DNA of 64,000 bases, taken from Podarcis bocagei. Its lineage: Eukaryota. Below are positions 1 to 11,280 of this stretch, one piece after another (position 1 is the stretch's first letter; each line of letters starts with the position of its first letter). The DNA lies in assembly GCA_964188305.1 (NCBI GenBank), contig OZ076886.1; one strand, given 5' to 3'. Under the pieces are notes generated by a model. That model had not been told where the DNA came from and ran no database searches. It saw only the letters and a program-made list of their open reading frames with translations. The position numbers were made by a program, and so were the translations under genes.

Positions 1-287
1 TAAGAGGCAAAGTATTCTTTTTTTGTGTGGTGGTAAATCAAGGATAAGGAACCTGCAGCCACTTCCAGATGTTGTTGGGATTATGACAGTGAATAGCCAT
101 CATGGTCATCAAGTAAAGGACAGATCCCCCACCCTTGTGGCAAAAGGTAGAGGGGAATATAAAACAGAGTAATGGCAAAATAACAACAAAAACATTTAAT
201 TTAAGGCATTATCCATTTCCTCTCAAACGAAAATAGTTTGGTGGCCACAATGTCCTAGGGGAAGAAAGCCACTTTAGCTTACGAGTA

Positions 288-514
288 CAGTGGTACCTCG
301 GGTTACATACGCTTCAGGTTACAGACTACGCTAACATAGAAATATTACCTCGGGTTAAGAACTTTGCTTCAGGATGAGAACAGAACAGGATGCTCCAACG
401 GCACGGTGGCAGCAGGAGGCCCCATTAGCTAAAGTGGTGCTTCAGGTTAAGAACAGTTTCAGGTTAAGAACGGACCTCCGGAACGAATTAAGTACTTAAC
501 CCGAGGTACCACTG
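288..514. mobile_element. Tc1/mariner (pogo/Tigger-like) MITE family A, copy 1
   Basis: TA|CAGTGGTACCTCGGGTTA...TAACCCGAGGTACCACTG|TA terminal inverted repeats (TIRs) with TA duplication. Confidence 0.9.
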
Positions 515-1274
515 TATATGATAATTACCTGTGACTGCTTTAGGACCAGGTGTAAAAGAGGACAGGACTCCTGTATCGTCAACAGTGTTAGGTGCTATTT
601 GACTGCTAGAATTCTCATCAGCCACCCTGTCATCTTCTGCGTCTTAAACAAGTTGCACTGCCTTGCTATGAAGATTATCCAGAAAACTCTTTCCTCCATG
701 CCTTTGCTTCGCTGTTTGTAGTTGTGCAAAACACAACCGCAAGAAACACACACACACACACACACATTATAATGCCCTTATGCAACAGCTCTACTGCTTA
801 GGCTGCTACTCACACAGCATGGAAATAATTCTCATTGGGTTGTTTTTACAGCCCATGCTGCAATTTGCTTCTTGGATATTTTATTATTCCAAGGGCGCCC
901 CCTCCTGCTCCTTGAATGTAGTACCTTATGGCTCCATAGGTTTTAAATATATATATTCAACTTCGACTACACACACAATTTATGGTTTCAGCAAAGCCTT
1001 GCTTTCTTTAAAATCAAAGTCCATCATAGAAGATGCTGGGGAATGGGAGCAGGTGAGAAATAATTATGTATTATTTCACTGAATGGCCTTTTCGCCTGCC
1101 TCTCTGAGGTATAAAGCCTCCCAGCGTGTATTACAACCAATCAATACAATATTTATTTATTTAAAAAGCATTTCTGAGCTGCTTAATATTTTAAAATCTC
1201 TGAGTGGTAATGCAAAAATAAAACAGTATCCTAAAAAGAGCTATAACCTGAAAAACCAGTATAACAGTATAATA

Positions 1275-1624
1275 AAAGGTAAAGGGACCCCTGACCATTA
1301 GGTCCAGTCGTGACCGACTCTGGGGTTGCGGCGCTCATCTCGCGTTATTGGCCAAGGGAGCTGGCGTACAGCTTCCGGGTCATGTGGCCAGCATGACTAA
1401 GCCGCTTCTGGCGAACCAGAGCAGTGCATGGAAATGCCGTTTACCTTCCCACCGGAGTGGTAACTATTTATCTACTTGCACTTTGACGTGCTTTCGAACT
1501 GCTAGGTTGGCAGGAGCAGGGACCAAGCAACGGGAGCTCACCCCGTCGTGGGGATTCGAACCGCCAACTTCTGATCAGCAAGTCCCAGGCTCTGTGGTTT
1601 AACCCACAGCGCCACCCACGTCCC
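1275..1624 (-). mobile_element. Sauria SINE, near full length
   Basis: Minus strand reads a tRNA-related head (gggacgtgggtggcgctgtgggttaaacc...ggttcgaatccc) and an (ACCTTT)-type tail; possible TSD gtataata. Confidence 0.88.
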
Positions 1625-1718
1625 ATGGGTATAATACAAACACATAAAAGCTGGAATTCAGTAATAACAGGGCCCAGTCTTATGGGCCAGGGAAACCCTG
1701 AGTCAAAAGATACGTCTT

Positions 1719-2014
1719 CAGTGGCATAGTGTGGATTGCCAGCGCCCAGGACTGTGCGCAGGGAAAGAAGGCAAATGGATGGAATATGCATTTCAGCCAT
1801 GCAGATTGCAGCCATAGAGATAAGTAAAGAAGAGTCATTCTGTGGTCTGGAGAGGTCACTTCCTGGTTTGCATGGAGATGCTGTTTTCAACAGAGCCCAG
1901 CAACAGAAGCACACAGCTGTGTTGAAGCAGCACCAGTTGTTGAAATTTTGCGCCCTTAACAATTTTGCACCCTGGATAACTGCCCCTGTGCCCCCCCCCC
2001 ATGCTATGCCGCTG
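1719..2014. mobile_element. hAT-type MITE (older)
   Basis: TIRs CAGTGGCATAG/CTATGCCGCTG; degenerate 8-bp TSD tacgtctt/tatgtttt; ends resemble the 11066 element. Confidence 0.65.
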
Positions 2015-2199
2015 TATGTTTTTACAAGACATCTGACAGATGATGCTTCACATAGGGCAGAGGGAGAGGCATTCCAGTGCAGGAATGATGGAGGAAAATG
2101 CCTGTTTGGGGGTCACTGCCCAGTGAAATTCTGTAGGGTGCAGGGTCAGGAGTAAAATTTCCCCTAGTGATCTAAGTGATCTAAGTACACTTCTGAGCA

Positions 2200-2592
2200 C
2201 AATTCAAAGTGTTGGTGCTGACCTTTAAAGCCCTAAACGGCCTCTGTCCTGTATACCTGAAGGAGCGTCTCCACCCCCATCGTTCAGCCTGGACACTGAG
2301 GTCCAGCGCCGAGGGCCTTCTGGCAGTTCCCTCATTGCGAGAAGCAAATCTACAGGGAACCAGGCAGAGGGCCTTCTCAGTAGTGGCGCCCGCCTTGTGG
2401 AACGCACTCCCACCAGATGTCAAAGAGAAAAACAACTACCAGACTTTTAGAAGACATCTGAAGGCAGCCCTGCTTAGGGAAGTTGTTGAATGTTTAATGC
2501 TGTGTTGTCTTTTTAATATTCAGTAGAGTGCCACCCAGAGTGGCTGGGGAAACCCAGCCAAATGGGTGGGGTATGAATAATATATTATTATG
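2200..2592 (+). mobile_element. L2-clade LINE 3' end (5'-truncated)
   Basis: Peptide FKVLVLTFKALNGL..YL...RAFSVVAPALWNALP typical of the L2 ORF2 C-terminus, followed by 3' UTR and (TAT)n tail. Shorter or older copies at ~3100-3210, 5005-5163, 11310-11600, 12330-12650, 21140-21330, 24490-24660, 24950-25190, 30700-31160 and 40370-40680. Confidence 0.82.
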
Positions 2593-3348
2593 AATTCTGG
2601 AATGCATCTATAGATATGTCATCTTAGCTATATTATTCTACATCAAGATGATTGGGACCGAAAAATTTACATTGAGGGAGGGGAGGCCTTCTGAATGCTC
2701 CTAGATTAGATCTCCCATCACCCTCTGGAAGCTGTTTGTGCTGGCTGAGCCTCACGGGAGTTGAAATCCAACAATGTCTGGAGGGTCACAGGTTCTTTAA
2801 CCCTGGCTTAGCATAACATCTGCTGTGAGTCTCAGTCCACACAGAGCTGCATCAAAAACCCCAAAGGGCTTGAAAAGAAAGATTGAGGCTCAGCCTGGTG
2901 CTTTCAAGTGAACATTCATTTTGGCAAGTGTGCATGACACATTTTGACAGCAGTCTTTCTCGAGGACGTGCTGCCTAAATGTCATAAAAATAACCACTAC
3001 CATGGTTATTAACGCAACAAGTGTACCCACATCCTAAAATACAAAGGAAAACCAATCATTTATATAGAGCACAATGGTAAGTGGGTAATACTGATACTAA
3101 TAATTTATTATTTATACCCCACCCATTTGGATGGGTTTGCCCAACCAATCTGGGCAGCTCCCAGTAGAATATTAAAAATGCGATAAAACATCAAATATTA
3201 AAAACTTCCCTGGATTTCATCCTGGCAATGACTGTGCATACATGCATGTTTGCTCAGAGTGAAGAAGAAAACAAAACAAAACAAATATATAAAACATAAA
3301 AAAAATGTCCAGTAGCACCTTAGAGACCAACTAAGTTTGTTCTTGGTA

Positions 3349-4636
3349 CAGTGGTGCCTCGCAAGACGAAATTAATTCGTTCCGCAAATCTCTTCGTCTT
3401 GCGGTTTTTTCGTCTTGCGATGCACGGTTTCCCATAGGAATGCATTGAAAATCAATTAATGCGTTCCTAGGGAAACCGCCTTCAGACCAGGTCCGGGGAC
3501 AGTCTGTCCCCGGACCTCTTCTGAAGGCTGGGGGGGGGGACAAGGGCTTTTCTTCGCACCCCCAGCATTTTAAAAAACCCTGGGACAGCGGAGGACTTCT
3601 CCGCTGTCCGGGCGATCTTAAAATGCTGGCGGGCGGCATTTTAAAATCGCCCCGGACAGCGGAGGACTTCTCCGCTGTCCGGGGCGATTTAAAAGCCCCT
3701 GGGAAGGCAGGCAGGGGGGACAAAGACTTTTGCCCCCGCCAGCCTTCAGAAGAGGTCCTGAACCTCTTCTGAAGGCGGGCGGGGGGGCGAAAGTCTTTGC
3801 TCCCCCCCCCGCCTACCTTCAAAAGGTGTCCCCGCGGCGGCAGGAGGTGTCCCCTGCCCCCCGCCCGGCTTCGGAGCACCGGGAGAAGCGATCTCCCCGC
3901 AGCCCCTTGCTGCAAAAGACGTCCGGGGGAAGCGGGGAAGAAGCGCTTCGCTTCCCGCTTCCCCCGGACGTCTTTTGCAGCAAGGGGCTGCAGGGAGATC
4001 GCTATCTCCCCCCAGCCCCTTGCTTCAGAAGAGGTCCGGGGGCAGCGGGAAGCGAAGCGCTTCGCTTCCCCGCTTCCCCCGGACGTCTTTTGCAGCAAGG
4101 GGCTGCAGGGAGATCGCTATCTCCCCCCAGCCCCTTGCTTCAGAAGAGGTCCGGGGGCAGCGGGAAGCGAAGCGCTTCGCTTCCCCGCTTCCCCCGGACG
4201 TCTTTTGCAGCAAGGGGCTGCAGGGAGATCACTATCTCCCCCCAGCCCCTTGCTTCAGAAGAGGTTGGGGGCAGCGGGAAGCGAAGCGCTTCGCTTCCCC
4301 GCTTCCCCCGGACGTCTTTTGCAGCAAGGGGCTGCAGGGAGATCGCTATCTCCCCCCAGCCCCTTGCTTCAGAAGAGGTTGGGGGCAGCGGGAAGCGAAG
4401 CGCTTCGCTTCCCCGCTTCCCCCGGACGTCTTTTGCAGCAAGGGGCTGCAGGGAGATCGCTATCTCCCCCCAGCCCCTTGCTTCAAAAGAGAAGACCCGC
4501 TGTCCCCGGGGCAAGCTTCGTTTTGCGAAGCAAGCCCATAGGGAAATTCGTCTTGCGAGGCAACTCGAAAACGAAAAAACCTTTCGTTTTGCGAGTTTTT
4601 CGTCTTGCGAGGCGTTCGTCTTGCGGGGTACCACTG
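3349..4636. mobile_element. Non-autonomous pogo/Tigger-like DNA transposon with internal GC-rich minisatellite
   Basis: TA|CAGTGGTGCCTCGCAAGACGAA...TTCGTCTTGCGGGGTACCACTG|TA. The TA duplication is confirmed by the empty-site paralog at 46361-46436. Confidence 0.88.
3887..4485. repeat. Minisatellite, ~114-115 bp unit, ~5 copies, internally palindromic
   Basis: ggacgtcttttgcagc recurs at 3966, 4081, 4196, 4310 and 4424. Confidence 0.95.
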
Positions 4637-5003
4637 TATAAGCTTTCGTGTGCATGCACACTTCTTCAGATACCTGAAGAAAAAACGAAACCTTGATAGA
4701 TGTGGAAGATTTAGCAGAAGCAGCTCCCTGGGTGGGGGCAGAACTGCTATGCTAGCTTCCCAGAAGATGGGCCGCAGGACCTTATTGGGAGGAGTAAGGC
4801 AGCACAGAGGTCAGCCTGGTGCAAACACACTTGGCAGGAGCACCAGATTGGCTCCACCAGGGCATTTGCACCATGCTAATCTCTCCCAGTAAGCAACAGC
4901 AACCCCGCAGGAAGCTAGCAAAGCTGTTCCACCCCACTCAGCAAGCCTAATCCAAGAGTGTTAGTGTGGCCAGCACCCCTAATGTCTCATTTCACTAGGT
5001 TCC

Positions 5004-5004
<1 letters not shown>

Positions 5005-5058
<54 letters not shown>
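5005..5058. repeat. (AAT)n microsatellite, tail of a minus-strand L2 fragment
   Basis: Direct reading; the L2 3' UTR follows. Confidence 0.95.
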
Positions 5059-5697
5059 TTATTTCTACCCCACCTATCTGGCTGGGTCTCCCCAACCACT
5101 CAGGGCGGCTTCTAATAAAAGATTAAAAATACATTAAAACATCAGTTATTAAAAACTTCCCCTACATTAAATGCTAAAGAAATAAAGAACATTGCTACGT
5201 GCTCAAATAACAGACACAATTTTTCGCTATTCTTATCTTTAGTATATCTCCTTTAACAGTTCTTGCTCAGGCTACTTCACAGACTAAAATTCAATTAGCA
5301 CATTTGTTGCTCAATAATGAAAAACCGATAAACACATTAAATATAGCATTTCCAAAAGGAAAAGTGGAAAAGGAAGGCAAGACAGAGCAACGGAGGGGTG
5401 TGTGTCAATAAAGAATGGGCCCTCTAAAAACATCTCTGGAAAGTAGGGAAGTTTCCAGACATTTATCGAAGAAGGAGAAGACATATGGACATCCTCCTCT
5501 AACTTGGTACCCTCCACATGTTGCTGGAATCCAACTCAGAAATATCCTTGCTCATTGCCTGGGCTGGTTGGTGCTGATGGAGTTAAAGGATGGCACCAGG
5601 TTGGAGAAGGCTGATCTAGAGGAAGCACGGCCCATCGTGAGACTTGCCACAACAAAGGTCATCTTGTAGGATTCCCAAATAGTTGGTGTCAACCTTG

Positions 5698-6218
5698 CAT
5701 AGCTGTCAACTTACAGATTTGAAAATAAGGGACCAGCAGCCTCGAAAATAAGGGATCAGCAGCCAAAATAAGGGATTTTCCAAGCACAGGTATGTTCAAC
5801 TTCTGAGCCCCTCTGAACCAAAGACAGAAAGCCCAGCCAGCAGCCAAACGAAGCCTCAAGCAATGGTTCCCCCAGCGCAGCAACCTGACAAAGGGGATAC
5901 GGCAAGGGAAACCACCGTCACCTCTCCGCTGGGAAGCACTGAGCAAAGGTGAGTCCCCAGGCAACGCGGCCAATTTGATCGGCACAAGGCATGCAAGCTC
6001 CACCCCCTGTCATTCTTAGACTCCTTATTGGGTGAGCAACGCAGTCAAGCAACACCGTTGGAGCCTCCCTCCTCCCTGGCCAGCAGGGAGGGAGGGAGAG
6101 GAGCTGCTTCCTTTGAAACCCGGAAAATTTAAGGGACATCATCAGTAAGGGACAGCAGCGGGACACGGCACTGGGATAAGGGACTTTCCCGCCAAATAAG
6201 GGACGGTTGACAGCTATG
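5698..6218. mobile_element. Non-autonomous hAT transposon
   Basis: 13-bp TIR CATAGCTGTCAAC/GTTGACAGCTATG, perfect 8-bp TSD caaccttg (5690-5697, 6219-6226), repeated subterminal ATAAGGGA motifs. Confidence 0.9.
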
Positions 6219-7762
6219 CAACCTTGTAGTGACTATGAATTTGGACTCCACCCAAATTTTAGGAGACTTGTGCTGAACCAGGCTCCCAAGCCACATCTGC
6301 TTCTATCCAATTTTTCATTTTTCAAGAGCAACCTTCCTCAACCTGGTGCCCTCCAGATGTTTGGGATTTCAGCTCTCATCAGGAGACAACTGCAGCACAC
6401 CTTAGTTGAAGAAGGTGATTCCTGATATGTTTGAGAGATGGAACGGTGTACATTGTGTCACTATGAGCTCAAACTTCTCTGCTGCATCTAAATACTGGTA
6501 TGTTTCTGAGTGAACGTCAGCAAAGAAGTCAGAGAGGGGAAAGAGGAGTGTTGTCTCTTTACAATCTACTAAGTAATTTAGTTTTGACAGACATATGTTG
6601 AGAGTCTGTAGCACAAATGTAATAACAGAATGACAGTGTCTCTTATTAGTAGGTGATGAAATGCTGGGGAGAGAAGCTTGCCAGATCCTGCAAAGTCATT
6701 GCAACAGCTGTGTCATTTTCCTGGCAAACACGGGCGATTACTTGGATATAGGAGAGTCTGGTGCAAGGTGGGAACTATGGAGGAATTCTTGGGTCGCTTC
6801 CAGGCTGTTGCCATGTTCAGGTGGGATTCAATCACATACAGTCAAATTCAGGTTTCACAGTTACAGCTCTTGCACAGCAAAGCAACTTTTTTTCTTGTAA
6901 GGAGACTGAAAGGAAAATACACCAGGAAATATGGGCTAATAGCATTTGCTTGACACAGCAGCGCCTCACCTCCCTGCAAACAAATCAAAATGAATGCTCA
7001 ACAAGCAGGCCGTCTGGAAGTGACCTTGGCTAGCTAGTTGCCAAAGAACCACCATTATAGTCAGCTTGAGCAGTATGACGCTTTCATTCAATTTTTACCA
7101 TTTCCATTGGTTCAGCTTGCTATTAAAAACATTTCTACCCCAAATCAAAGCAGCGGCAAATAATACTTCAAAATGCAACATGAAAACCCCATTTCCCCCT
7201 TTTTTTCTTTCTGACCTCATGTGATTGCTCCTCAAGGACCACTACTTAGCTGTCTAGCTTCCTGATTCTACCAGCTGAGTGATGATGGCAATATACAATT
7301 AAATGGGCATTTGTACCAGGTGTGAATAGCAAATGCAAAGATCCCTTGTCCTTCAAAACAAAAATGGGTGTCTTGTCTGCCCTTCATTGGTGACACTGTA
7401 TAATTATTGTGTGCTCTAAAAGAAGATCACTTCAAATATGGTTAAAAAAATACACTGCTTTTCTTGGCTACTTGATATATCAAAACAAAGGTTGTCAGGC
7501 CTGTCTGAATCTTACTTCCCCACTAAATTTCCTTGCATCCCCTACAACCAAAATCTAAAATGGAGCCTATATACATATGTTGTGGTAAGCCTCTCAGCAC
7601 TGTACATAACGCTGCAGAATTTATTCTCTTGACCCACATGCCTCAGCACCTGTGGCTTCTTAAATTAGCACATAGCTCTCCATACACAGTATCAGCAGCT
7701 CTAGGTTAAAAAAAGGGGGAGGTAAAGGAACCCTGGACTATGGGGTTGCAATGCTCATCTCG

Positions 7763-8174
7763 CTGTATACAATTCAGTGTGTTAGATCCAGTTACTGTGC
7801 AATCCTATGCATATCTACTCTGATGTCAGTGCCACTGAGTTCTGTCAAACTTACTCCTAGTTAAGCATGCAGTAAGCCCCACTGAAGTCAGTGGGACATA
7901 TTTCTGAATAGACATGTATACATTTTCTTCTCGTTGAATTATGCCCTATTTCTTCCTATTGTTTCAAGTTTTACTCCGCAACATGCAACTCCAGGTAGAA
8001 AATTATATTAGCAGCATTTGAAGGAGCTGATATGGCTTTGCTGTATGCAACATTCAGATTTGGTCCATGTATAGCAATAGGTATAGCAGTGCAAAATTGC
8101 ATTGTTTAGTGGTATGAGAGATTTTGGTGTCAAGCAAAAGCTGTTAACATCCTCCTTGATATGTACCACAAGAT
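7763..8174 (+). repeat. ~412-bp dispersed direct duplication, copy A
   Basis: Colinear with 16428-16839, roughly 93-95% identical by eye. Confidence 0.92.
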
Positions 8175-9186
8175 GGAAAGGCATGACAACCACACTCACT
8201 CACAGAGAAGTTCTTCGCACACCTTCTCTGTTCAGAATGCATGGATTGAATGAAATGTGAGTATGCTTAGGCCGGGGAGCGGGCAGGTCATATTCAAGGT
8301 AGGAGTGGCTGGAAGGGCACAGGAAATGAGCAGAAAGGGCAAACCAGCTCTTGTGCATTGTGAATTATTTTGCTACTTACTGAGATCTCTCATGGGCACC
8401 ACAGGAAGTACTGTGGATACACTGACACCCATGGGCACCGTCTTGGCGATGCCTGGATCATTACGTTAACTTGGTGGTTGAAAACCAGTCACCTAGGACT
8501 CCTAACCAACTTGGGCCAGCCTTAATCTGTTCAGAAAAGCAGGGTCACAACCATCAAATGCAGAGTGAAGCCAATGGATTTCAGTGCTTCAATCTGTGTT
8601 GGATTCTAGCCAAAGGCTCCACCCACACACGGCATTCTGGCACAGGGCAAGCCAAGATAGCTGAACTGACAGCTACGGCAGTGAACTTCTCAGTAAGCTT
8701 CTGGTTTTATCTACAGTACGTCAGATAAAGTTATATTATCTTCATGGCTGCCAAATATCCTGTCGAGACATTGAGTTCATTATCCCAAATGTTTGACGAA
8801 TCAACTTTCAAGTTAAAACCAAATTGATCCAAAGCGAAGGCAGCACATCACGGGAGGAAGGCATGCCAGTTCTTAACTAGCAAAAGATCAATTGCAAAAA
8901 GATCTGCCCCAAACTGACAGCAGATTTTCAGAATTTTTTAAAAGTCGATGACTACAAGCTCGATAACCGTTCAGCATTCTACAAGATGTGCATGGGTTCA
9001 TTTTCCCACGAAAGCCAATAAAAAAATGAGAACCTTCAGCTCACACAAGAAAAAAAACGAAACCTCTGGCTAGTATGGATGTGTAGATACCATGTCACAG
9101 AGAAAAACCCTTAAGAGACAATGACACCCGATGAATTCCACTATTAAGGTAGGCTATTTCCATTGAAATTCCCTTACAGGGAACTA

Positions 9187-9421
9187 CAGTGGTACCTCTG
9201 GTTAAGTACTTAATTCGTTCCAGAGGTCCGTTCTTAACCTGAAATTGTTCTTAACCTGAAGCACCACTTTAGCTAATGGGGCCTCCTGCTGCCGCTGTGC
9301 TACCGGAGCACGATTTCTGTTTGAAGCAAAGTTCTTAACCTGAAGCACTATTTCTGGGTTAGCGGAGTCTGTAACCTGAAGCGTATATAACCTGAAGTGT
9401 ATGTAACCTGAGGTACCACTG
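9187..9421. mobile_element. MITE family A, copy 2
   Basis: Same TIRs and TA TSD; opposite orientation to copy 1. Confidence 0.9.
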
Positions 9422-10899
9422 TAGTTTATACCTACAGGGCTGTGGCACTTTTTTGCTTGATCAGTTGATTGCTCTTATTATTATTATTTTGGCTGTTTCT
9501 TTCCTGCCCCATTCCATGGTGTTAGATAGGAGCAGGGATGGAAAAGGTTTGGTTTCTCATTATTTTCTTTCGTTTCCCCTGCCTTCGTTTTGTATGCCAA
9601 GCCACAGAATGCAAATGCTAGTACATAACATTTTTCAAAAACTGATTGCATTTCTTTTGTCGCCATTCCCTACATCTTGAGAGGGACCTGAACGACCTTG
9701 TCTCTTTGTTTAGGAATCCAACCTGCAGTCGGAAGGCACTTTCAATCCATTCCAAATTCCGATATATGCCTACTGGAAGAGAAATTAAAATATCCTGCTT
9801 GCCCGTGTCCTTTATCCATCTAGAACATTTCCTACCCACTCTTCCTGTGCAACCAGATAACAGCTTTGCCTGATTGTTCCATTCCAGCTTTTTCTTCACT
9901 GTGACGAAGGAGGAGCTCAGGTTGGTTCTGCCCTGGTTGTCTCACCTAGACTGACTCTCTCACTGGCTCCAGGCCATCAGATCCTGGGACATGGCAGCAA
10001 GATCTAGCTTGGAGAGGGAGGGATGGTCCAAATGCAGAAAAGGCAAAGCCCTACAGCAAGGGATGGACACCAACTCCCATCAACTTTAGCCTGCATGGCT
10101 AATAGTCAGGGGAGATGGGAGTTGGAGTCCTGTAGAAGAAAAACAGATGCAACCCAATGGTGGAGGCTGGTAGTGTAAGAAACCCAAGAATTACAGAGAA
10201 CAGGTAGGGGGTGAATTCTAGCTCAGATAATTCAGCATGAGACTAGACCCATCATCAGTAAGAGCAAGACAGTTACCTTTGTCAACTGATCATGGATGTT
10301 GTAAAAGACAGCAGCTTGTGACTGGGCAGAAAATGGTGGTCAGTTTTAGTTTATTATTGTTGTTGTGTTTTTACTGACAGGGAGCAGACTTTGAGTATTA
10401 GGTTCCTTGACCAAGATTGTATGGGGAGAGACATTTGCTGCTTTGTGCCATGCAGCAAAAAGTAGGTACATGACTGAAAATGGATGTGATTCAGGCCCCA
10501 AGGGTTTGGAAGCAGAAGCAGTATGCTCACCCAGATACAATTTGCTCAAACTGATGAGTAAATTCTAAGGTGGGGCTTTATAGGGCTTGGTTGAGAAGTA
10601 TTGGTCCTTGGGATCAGCTGACAACACTCAGCCAAGCTAGCACAGAACAAACAAGCAGGCTGCTGATGCTAAAAAAATCTCAGATTTAAAAAAAAAAAAT
10701 ATCTCAGATTTCAAGGGCTGAGGAAGCCTGGTAGTTGGGGTAGATAAATAGACGAGAAGAACCCTGAGCTGATGGGTGTGGCCTTTAAAAACTGGGGTGT
10801 TCCAATGCTGGAATCAATTGGCCCCTCTCCAGTTTGCGCTGCTAATCTCCTTCCTCCTGGTAGTGCCATGACTTGTAAACTGTTTACCGTTACTGAGTA

Positions 10900-11280
10900 C
10901 AGTGGTACCTCGGGTTAAGAACTTAATTCGTTCTGGAGGTCTGTTCTTAACCTGAAACTGTTTTTAACCTGAAGCACCACTTTAGCTAATGGGGCCTCCT
11001 GCTGCCGCTGCGCCGCTGCTGCATAATTTCTGTTCTCACCCTGAAGCAAAGTTCTTAACCTGAGGCAGTGGCGTAGTGTGGGGGGTGCAGGGGGGGCCGG
11101 CTGCACCGGGCGCAACATCTGGGGGTTAGGGTTAGGGGACGCAAATCCACGGGTTAGGGGGCGCAAATTACTTGCCTTGCCCTGGGTGCTGACAACCCAC
11201 GCTACGCCACTGACCTGAGGTAATATTTCTGGATTAGCGGAGTCTGTGACCTGAAGCGTATGTAACCTGAAGTACCACTG
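10900..11280. mobile_element. MITE family A, copy 3, interrupted by a hAT MITE
   Basis: Same TIRs and TA TSD; nested insertion at 11066-11212. Confidence 0.9.
11066..11212. mobile_element. hAT MITE containing TTAGGG repeats
   Basis: TIR CAGTGGCGTAG/CTACGCCACTG; perfect 8-bp TSD acctgagg (11058-11065, 11213-11220). Confidence 0.9.

Larger units (their letters stand above)
3307..4675 (-). mobile_element. Penelope-like element terminal repeat with hammerhead motif, split by the 3349-4636 insertion
   Basis: 3307-3348 joined to 4639-4675 gives the reverse complement of the intact copy at 46361-46436. Confidence 0.75.

Noticed and set aside
3887-4485. CRISPR-like array of palindromic repeats
   Set aside because: No unique spacers, no cas genes, vertebrate context; it is a tandem minisatellite.
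3331-4696. Long ORFs (173-303 aa) in several frames on both strands
   Set aside because: They arise from a stop-poor GC-rich palindromic minisatellite in a MITE; the peptides are repetitive with no domain.
10150-10890. Possible LTR-like segment
   Set aside because: No definable TG..CA ends, TSD or second copy.
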